This document shows, in pieces, positions 8,304 to 15,753 of a DNA stretch of 15,753 nt; the first letter of the stretch is position 1, and every line of letters starts with the position of its first letter. Source of the DNA: Octopus sinensis (taxonomy: Eukaryota). A program made the translations under genes and the position numbers. The notes under the pieces were generated by a model. The model saw nothing but the letters and a program-made list of their open reading frames with translations, did not search any database and was not told the origin of the DNA. The DNA lies in contig NW_021825396.1 of the NCBI RefSeq assembly GCF_006345805.1, forward strand, positions 1-15,753. Direction: 5' to 3'.

Positions 8304-8534
8304 TATTTCTTTACTACCCACAAAGGGCTAAACACAGAGGTGATAAACAAGGACACACACAGGGATTAAGTCGATTACATCGACCCCAGTGCGTAACTGG
8401 TAGTTAATTTATCGACCCCGAAAGGATGAAAGGCAAAGTCGATCTCGGCGGAATTTGAACCCAGAACATAATGGCAGATGAAATACGGCTACGCATTTCG
8501 CCTGGCGCGCTAACGTTTCTGCCAGCCCACCGCC
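8304..8534 (-). mobile_element. tRNA-derived SINE, family A, copy 3 (reverse)
   Basis: Reverse complement of family A. ~29-bp flanking duplication CCCGTATA[C/T]AC[G/A]TATACAC[G/T]CTGCAAACA at 8275-8303 and 8537-8565 (3 mismatches). Confidence 0.9.
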
Positions 8535-9042
8535 TTCCCGTATATACATATACACTCTGCAAACATATAGATATGTTTGCATACATATGTTTGATACAAA
8601 CTTTTATACATATACACGTGCGAGTATAAATGCACAATTACATGCATGCATATATGCATATAGGCGTGCATAAATTCATGCACTAATGCATACACACACA
8701 TACATACACAAACACATTGAGATGCATACATAGCTTAGACGTTACACGCAAGCGAATATGATTCGGTATCATGTACAATGCTTTCGCTAAATTGTTTGAG
8801 ATGCCTATATATTTTCGAGTAGACACAGACAGCCTCTCACCTTTCCCACCCTTGGCCTCGTAGAACATCTAGGATGTGATTGCAAGAAGGGGAAATAGAG
8901 GACTGCTCTACACTCCGTTGAAACTCATTTCCAGTTAAGCAGCCTGAAGCAAAGCACCAACATCAATAAGACAGCATCGGCTCAATTCAAAAATGCAGTC
9001 TGTGGCTTTAAGCTGGCGAATTGAACACTCTAACACTCGTAC

Positions 9043-9107
9043 GTATATACATAAATACATATATACATACATGCATACATACATACACACATACATACAT
9101 ACATACA

Positions 9108-9141
<34 letters not shown>

Positions 9142-9241
9142 CATACATACATACATGCATACATACATACATACATACATATATACCTACATACATTCAT
9201 ACATTCATACATACATACATACATACGTACATACATACATG
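9043..9241. repeat. (TACA)n microsatellite
   Basis: Direct reading; source of the MYVC/HTYI ORFs. Confidence 0.97.
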
Positions 9242-9338
9242 TAGATATGCATGCTTAGATAGATGTGATCTTCCTTACGGCACAAAATACAGGTGAACAG
9301 CATTTAACTGGGTATAAACATATTTATTGTTAGCATAA

Positions 9339-9680
9339 GGTGCATGGCTCAGTGGTTATAGTATCGGCTCACAATCATGAGGTATTGAATTCGATTCCCG
9401 TATAAGGCTGTGTGTTATGTTCCTGAGCAAGACACTTGATTTCTCGTTGCTCAAGTTTACTCAGATGTAGAAATGAGATGCGACGTCACTGGTGCCAAGC
9501 TGTATTAGCCTTTGCCTTTCCCTTGGATAACATAGGTGGCGTGGACAGGGGAGGCTGATATGCATGGGTGACTGCTGGTCGTCAATAAACAACCTTTACC
9601 GGACTTGTGCCTCGGAGCGGTACTTTTTAGGAGCATAGTCATTCATGACCGAAAGGTGCCTTCTTTGCCCATACCCTTCT
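9339..9680 (+). mobile_element. tRNA-derived SINE, family C (single copy in window)
   Basis: A box TGGCTCAGTGG 9345-9355 and B box GAATTCGATTCCC 9387-9399, followed by CCTGAGCAAGACACTT (similar to family B CCTTGGACAAGTGTCTT). The 3' end is approximate and no TSD was found. Confidence 0.7.
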
Positions 9681-10056
9681 TGGGTTAAAATATGGTGCTG
9701 CTAGAAAAGGAAAAGAAAAATATATTTAAAGCGGAATACTTATGAAAAATATTAAAAAAATACATGAGGCCTAATGATCTAAATGGATAGAGCTGTGTTT
9801 CTATAAGGGCAGCAGAAGTTATGTATATGGAGTGACTAGACCTAATGTGGCAAGTGGTGGTTTGGACTTTATTAACAGCGCATATCTGTTGATGAACCCT
9901 GCAGGTTGATGGAGAATTTTTAGCCCCTCGCAGAGGTAGTGTACACAATTGTGAAATCCAGGAGAGGAGGTTCATCTGTCAATGATAATCTGTTCGGTGC
10001 TCGGAGAGTTCCGATGACCACGTGGTCTCCAGATAAAGTGTGACAGGGAGGTGGAG

Positions 10057-10094
10057 ATTCTTCTATCCCTGCAACTGTGCAGGGCTAGAAGAAT
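10057..10094. repeat. 17-bp inverted repeat (16/17 paired), 4-nt loop
   Basis: ATTCTTCTATCCCTGCA-ACTG-TGCAGGGCTAGAAGAAT. Confidence 0.9.
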
Positions 10095-10497
10095 GTGTAA
10101 TACCTTCTCTTGAAGCTATTGGATACGCCCGTGTAGTGTTTTGCGATGATAACGGATTGTGTTAAGGGTGGCTCTATAGAACATTGCCCTTGAGTATACC
10201 TACAAGATTCACGCATACAGGAACTACACACACACACTCACAGACACACGCACGCACACTCAGAAAGCAGGCACATATGCATACACACCAGATACAGACG
10301 CTTACCATCGAAATGATATCGAAATTCTATCCGTGCAATATGAATTGATGTCGCTGATATATCAATTAAACCGTATGATCTGCGCTGACTAATAAATAGC
10401 TGCCCAAAATTGCGAAGCCATCTTGGACTGGTCTTATCCGGTCTCTACAAGTCTGACGAGAATAGATTCGTTTCATGAGCCCACGAGAGTTTCAGTT

Positions 10498-11206
10498 GCA
10501 TACATACAGACATATAGACACACACACACATACATACATATATAAATGCATATATATCCTGACACGCACACATATACGTACATAAATACATACATATATA
10601 CATACATACAAACATACATACATACATAGATATATACATACATATATACTTATACAAACATACATACATATATACATATATACATACATATATACATACA
10701 TATATACATGCATACATATATACATACATATATACATATATACATACATATATACATACATATATACATACATATATACATACACACATACATACACACA
10801 TACATATATACATACACACATACACACATACATACACACATACATATATACATACACACATACACACATACATACGCACATACATACACACACATACATA
10901 CACACATACATATACACATACATACATACACACACATGCATACACACACATAAACACATACATACATACATACACACATCCATCCAGCATACATACATAC
11001 ATACATACATACATACATGCATACTACATACATACATACATACATACATACACACACACATACATACACACACAAATGCATACATTCATACATACATACA
11101 TACATACATACATACATACATACATACGTGCATACATACATACATACATACATACATACATACATACATACATACATACATACATACATACATACACACA
11201 CACATA
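10498..11206. repeat. Large compound (TACA)/(CA)/(TA) microsatellite
   Basis: Direct reading; includes a stretch of 12-bp TACATACATATA units around 10680-10780. Confidence 0.96.
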
Positions 11207-11599
11207 GAGCATAAATCAAGCGAAAAGACAGTCCAGCAGAAAAGCAATTTGACAGAGTTATTCCTTTGAATTTTAATTTCTGTAAATGACATTACACTAA
11301 TTTAAACGATTAATTAATTATACATCATTACATATATCGTCTCGCTTGGGGTCAAAGCAAGCAAGATAAAGTTTTATTTCATATATATTCTATATTATGA
11401 AAGTATCAAGCTACATGCGAACGTATATATATATACTTTTTATTAAAAAGAATAATTTTTCATAGAAGTGACAAACAGGTATGTCAACATAAAAATTAAA
11501 AACGAAAAATAACTTAAAAAATTTAGAATATACATATATTGATACATACATATATATATATACATATAAAAGTAGATAAATGGTACAACAAGGCACCAG

Positions 11600-11630
<31 letters not shown>

Positions 11631-11642
11631 GTGTGTGTGATG

Positions 11643-11688
<46 letters not shown>

Positions 11689-12194
11689 TGTATGTATGTA
11701 TGTATGCATGTATGTATGCATGTATGTATGCATGTATGTATGTATGCATGTATGTATGTATGTATGTATGTATGTACGTACGTATGTATGTATGTATGTA
11801 TGCATGCATGTATGTATGTATGTATGTATGTATGTATGTATGTATGTATGCATGCATGTATGTATGTATGTATGTATGTATGTATGTATGTATGCATGCA
11901 TGTATGTATGTATGTATGTATGTATGTATGTATGTATGCATGTATGTATGTATGCATGTATGTATGTATGTATGTATGTATGTACGTACGTATGTATGTA
12001 TGTATGTATGTATGCATGCATGTATGTATGTATGTATGTATGTATGCATGTATGTATGTATGCATGTATGTATGTATGTATGTATGTACGTACGTATGTA
12101 TGTATGTATGTATGTATGCATGCATGTATGTATGTATGTATGTATGTATGTATGTATGTATGTATGTGGTGTGTGTGTGTATGTATGTATGTAG
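11600..12194. repeat. (TA)n then (TGTA)n array with TGCA/CGTA variants in a higher-order pattern
   Basis: Direct unit-by-unit parsing (see findings). Confidence 0.96.
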
Positions 12195-12450
12195 TCCTGG
12201 AAATTTCATCAAGTGATATATTTAATATTTCGTATACTTTATAAATCTCTCTTTCACGCTAGAATGATAAAATCTGCTTCAATAAATTTAAAAAGGGGAA
12301 ACGTTTGTAAGATAATAGTACTCTGTCCTGGAGAAGGAGTAAATTCAAAGGAATAAAAATCTATTTATTTACATATTAAACTATAAATTATCGTTCTCTT
12401 CTTTTCATTGATTTTTTGTTTTTATTTTTGTAAAATCCTTTTCCTCCTCT

Positions 12451-12453
<3 letters not shown>

Positions 12454-12496
<43 letters not shown>
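12454..12496. repeat. (CT)n microsatellite
   Basis: Direct reading. Confidence 0.95.
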
Positions 12497-12569
12497 GTGT
12501 CACACCCTCTTCCTATTTATGTAGTTATCTTTCCTTCCACCTTCAAATTTTTTCTATCCCTGTCTGTCA

Positions 12570-12655
12570 TATATATATGTGTGTGTATGTGTGTGCGTGT
12601 GTGTGTTCGCTGTGTGAGTGTGTATGATTAGTATATATATGAAAATGTGTATGTG

Positions 12656-12703
<48 letters not shown>

Positions 12704-12790
12704 CATATACATTATTTATGTATATAAGTGTATGCGTATGGTGTGTATATATATTTATGTATATTTATTGATGTAGGTATATGTATATAT
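12570..12790. repeat. Degenerate (TA)/(TG) microsatellite region
   Basis: Direct reading. Confidence 0.85.
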
Positions 12791-12817
12791 CTCTATTTGT
12801 GAATTAAGGCTACCATT

Positions 12818-12917
12818 GGTTTCATATTAAGAAAGGTAGGAAAATTTCCTAGGGTCTTATCAATTTTAAAATTATTAAGACACTAGGATATTTTCCTACT
12901 TTTCTTGACATGAAACC
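12818..12917. mobile_element. 100-bp fold-back, MITE-like element
   Basis: 42-bp arms 12818-12859 and 12876-12917 match at 37/42. The 16-nt spacer contains the palindrome AATTTTAAAATT. The right flank is TA and the left flank is TT. The inverted repeat is certain; MITE status is inferred. Confidence 0.65.
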
Positions 12918-13003
12918 TATGCTACCCTGATTTCACATATAAAGAAATTATATGACAACCGATGCGGTGTTGAGCATTCATTTATCGTTCGACATTTACT
13001 TAT

Positions 13004-13017
13004 ACGTATATATATAT

Positions 13018-13081
<64 letters not shown>

Positions 13082-13180
13082 AGATATATATATATACATA
13101 CATACATACATACATGCATACATACATATATACATACATACATACATACATAAACAGATTGTGTGTGTGTGTATATACTA
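13004..13180. repeat. (TA)n-(TACA)n-(TG)n microsatellite
   Basis: Direct reading. Confidence 0.93.
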
Positions 13181-13534
13181 TATAAATATGGTTATGCATG
13201 TATGTTTAGTCCCAAAAGGCTCTGAAACGTGCATCCTCGAGAAAAACGAATTTGAATTTCGAAATCTGTGTTCCAATGATAATATTGACCGTAAATAATT
13301 ATAAAAAAAATATAATTTGCTACGAGAAAAAAACTCACATTTTAGACCGAGAAATCTCTCTCCCTCTAAATAATTTCCATACTCACTCTCTCTCTCTCCG
13401 TATACGTATTAACTCTCACGTATTGCTTTCATTTTGTTTAAAACGACGTCTTATAATGTTTAGTTTAATTTTGTTACGCAGCAAAACGGCGTTTTGTATT
13501 ATAAATTATTATTTTCGTCAATTATATTTACAGA

Positions 13535-13936
13535 GTCGGCGAGCAGGCTGAAACGTTCGCACGCCGGGCGAAATGCTTAGCAGTATTTCGTCTACCGTTA
13601 CGTTCTGAGTTCAAATTTCACCGAGGTCGACTTTGCCTTTCATCCTTTTGGGATCAATATATTAAGTACCAGTTACACACTAGGGTCGATATAATTCACT
13701 TAATCCGTTTGTTTGTCCTTGTTCGTCCTCTCTGTGTTTAGCCCCTTGTGGGTAGTAAACAAATAGGTATTTCGTCTGTCTTTACGTTCTGTCTTTCGTC
13801 TGTCTTTACGTGGTCGACTTTGCCTTTCATCCTTTCGGGATCGATAAATTAAGTATCAGTTGCGTACTAGGTTCGATCCAATCGACTGGCCCCCTCCCCC
13901 CAAATTTCTGGCCTTGTGTCAAGAGTAAAAAAAAAA
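13535..13936 (+). mobile_element. SINE family A dimer / SINE-in-SINE (long-tail subtype followed by short-tail subtype)
   Basis: Head from 13535 and full A body to ..AAACAAATA (13765). The sequence then restarts at the internal motif GGTATTTCGTCT (13766-13777; first instance AGTATTTCGTCT 13582-13593) and continues as a second body with a different 3' end (..ATCGACTGGCCCCCTCCCCCCAAATTTCTGGCCTTGTG..). Confidence 0.85.
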
Positions 13937-14054
13937 TTTGATAGGCAGGTTATCACGCACACAATGCTTAGCTTCTTAATCTTGTTTTATGATTGAGTAA
14001 AAATGCTCAAATTTTAACCACCCGAAAAAATGTTCCTAAAACATTTTTTGTAAT

Positions 14055-14492
14055 GGCGTAAGAGTGACTGTGTGGTAAGTAGCTTGCTCACCAACAACAT
14101 GGTTCCGGGTTCAGTTCCACCGAGTGGCACCTTGGACAAGTGTCTTCTACAATAGCCTAGGGCCGACCAAAGCTTTGTGAGTGGATTTGGTAGATGGAAA
14201 CTGAAAGAAGCCCGTTGTATATATATATATATATGTATATATGTTTGTATGTGTGTGTGTGTGTGTGCGTGTGTGTTTGTGTATTTGTGTGTCTTTGTCA
14301 CCCACCTTCGCTTGACAACCCATGCTGGTGTGTTTACGTCCCCGTAACTTAGTGATTCGGCAAGAGAGATCGATTGAATAAGTACTGGGTTTACAAAGAA
14401 TAAGTCCTGGGGTCGATTTGTTCGACTAAAGGCGGTGTTCCAGCACGGCTGCAGTCAAATGGCTAAGAAAATAAAAGATTAAAAGAGTAAAA
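14055..14492 (+). mobile_element. tRNA-derived SINE, family B, copy 2
   Basis: Collinear with 7520-7979; internal TA/TG tract ~14217-14293; (TAAAAGA)-like tail. Confidence 0.9.
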
Positions 14493-14559
14493 GCGTATCA
14501 AAGACTTGGGTTCAACATGAAAAGTATATGAATAGACTAAATTTGAGAATTTTCACTTC

Positions 14560-14666
14560 AGTTCTATATTAAAGAGATGAGGAATTATGTACATTATCTA
14601 CATTATTATGATTGAGTTCTATATTTGAAAGATGAGGAATATGTAAATTTTCACATTATTTACATT
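14560..14666. repeat. Imperfect direct repeat (~45-52 bp x2)
   Basis: AGTTCTATATT..AGATGAGGAAT..ACATTAT[C/T]TACATT at 14560-14604 and 14615-14666. Confidence 0.85.
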
Positions 14667-14757
14667 TGTTGGATATTTGTCCTCATCTTGTTTGTTGTTA
14701 ACACAACGTCTTGGAGAAATTTCGAACCTGGGTTCTCATTCCTAAGGGATTTTTCGA

Positions 14758-14759
<2 letters not shown>

Positions 14760-14833
<74 letters not shown>
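14760..14833. repeat. (ATT)n microsatellite
   Basis: Direct reading. Confidence 0.97.
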
Positions 14834-15290
<457 letters not shown>

Positions 15291-15291
15291 T

Positions 15292-15375
15292 GCCCATATG
15301 GCATAGTGGTTAAGAGCGCGGGCTAGTAAACCCAAGATTCCGAGTTGATTCCAGGCAGTTTCCTGAATAATAATA
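15292..15375 (+). mobile_element. Short tRNA-derived SINE head followed by (AAT)3
   Basis: A box TGGCATAGTGG 15299-15309 and B box GAGTT-GATTCC 15342-15352 (C missing). No proper acceptor stem. Confidence 0.65.
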
Positions 15376-15414
15376 AAAGATCTCAACAAAAACGATCTCC
15401 CCCTGTGTTTCCTT

Positions 15415-15490
15415 GCCTCTCTCTCTCTCTCCTTCCCCTCTCTCCCCCTCCAACTCTCTCTTCTCCCCCCTCTCTTTCTCTTTGTCTATT
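15415..15490. repeat. CT-rich low-complexity tract
   Basis: Direct reading. Confidence 0.85.
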
Positions 15491-15753
15491 TCACTCTGAG
15501 GTAAACATTCTCCCTCTCGACAAAAGTATATCACTCACCCTGAGTGTGTGAGAGTATGAATCTGAGTATGTGCATGCGCGCGTGCAGGCATGTGTGTTTG
15601 TGTTCGTCAGTGCGTGTGTGTATGGTTGTGTGTAAGGCACTTCATTAGGGCAAGAAAGCAACTTGAAAAAAGTATATTCAAAAGATAAATTATTTTAATA
15701 GTAAAATTTTTCTCTTGGTAGATGTTTCTTCCTCTCTCTCTCACACACACACA

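Noticed and set aside
8935-9038. Candidate exon (TTTCCAG acceptor, GTACGT donor-like site)
   Set aside because: All three frames contain a stop and I recognise no protein similarity; a non-coding or terminal exon cannot be excluded.
10452-10475. Hammerhead-like CTGACGA-GAATAGATTC stem
   Set aside because: It is followed by GTTTC instead of the required GAAA, with no convincing stems I and III. The other CTGANGA hits (~615, ~2427, ~5513) also lack the fold or lie in LINE coding sequence.
12953-12970. TGACAACCGATGCGGTGT as a SINE-B fragment
   Set aside because: It is only ~18 bp of similarity with no flanking support.
8935-13199. Long MYVC-/HTYI-repeat ORFs (up to 236 aa)
   Set aside because: They are translations of (TACA)n/(TGTA)n/(TA)n arrays, open in several frames on both strands because the units lack stops.
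15292-15365. Functional tRNA gene
   Set aside because: The B box is broken, there is no acceptor stem, and it runs into an AAT tail; treated as a SINE head.

Overview
AT-rich eukaryotic non-genic DNA made almost entirely of nested transposable elements and microsatellites. The repeat style suggests an octopus or other coleoid cephalopod, but this is recollection and was not verified. No host gene, rRNA, intact tRNA or CRISPR array is supported, and most long ORFs in the track are microsatellite artefacts. Left to right: (1) a decayed Tx1/L1-type LINE 3' half (+), carrying a nested RTE-like 3' fragment and a tRNA-derived SINE, both with target-site duplications (TSDs); (2) a co-oriented stack of elements separated by (ATT)n tracts: a non-coding element 'X', an old internally deleted R4/Dong LINE (itself holding a Helentron/DINE-like element and a SINE), and a younger 5'-truncated R4/Dong LINE with RT, CCHC and restriction-like endonuclease motifs; (3) several tRNA-derived SINE families, large (TACA)n/(TGTA)n arrays, a 100-bp fold-back MITE-like element, a SINE-in-SINE dimer and a second X copy, again inside (ATT)n. 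The best leads are the polarised AAT-targeted retroelement stack with the non-coding element X, and a SINE family whose junctions favour GGTATT, including the GGTATT inside its own body.
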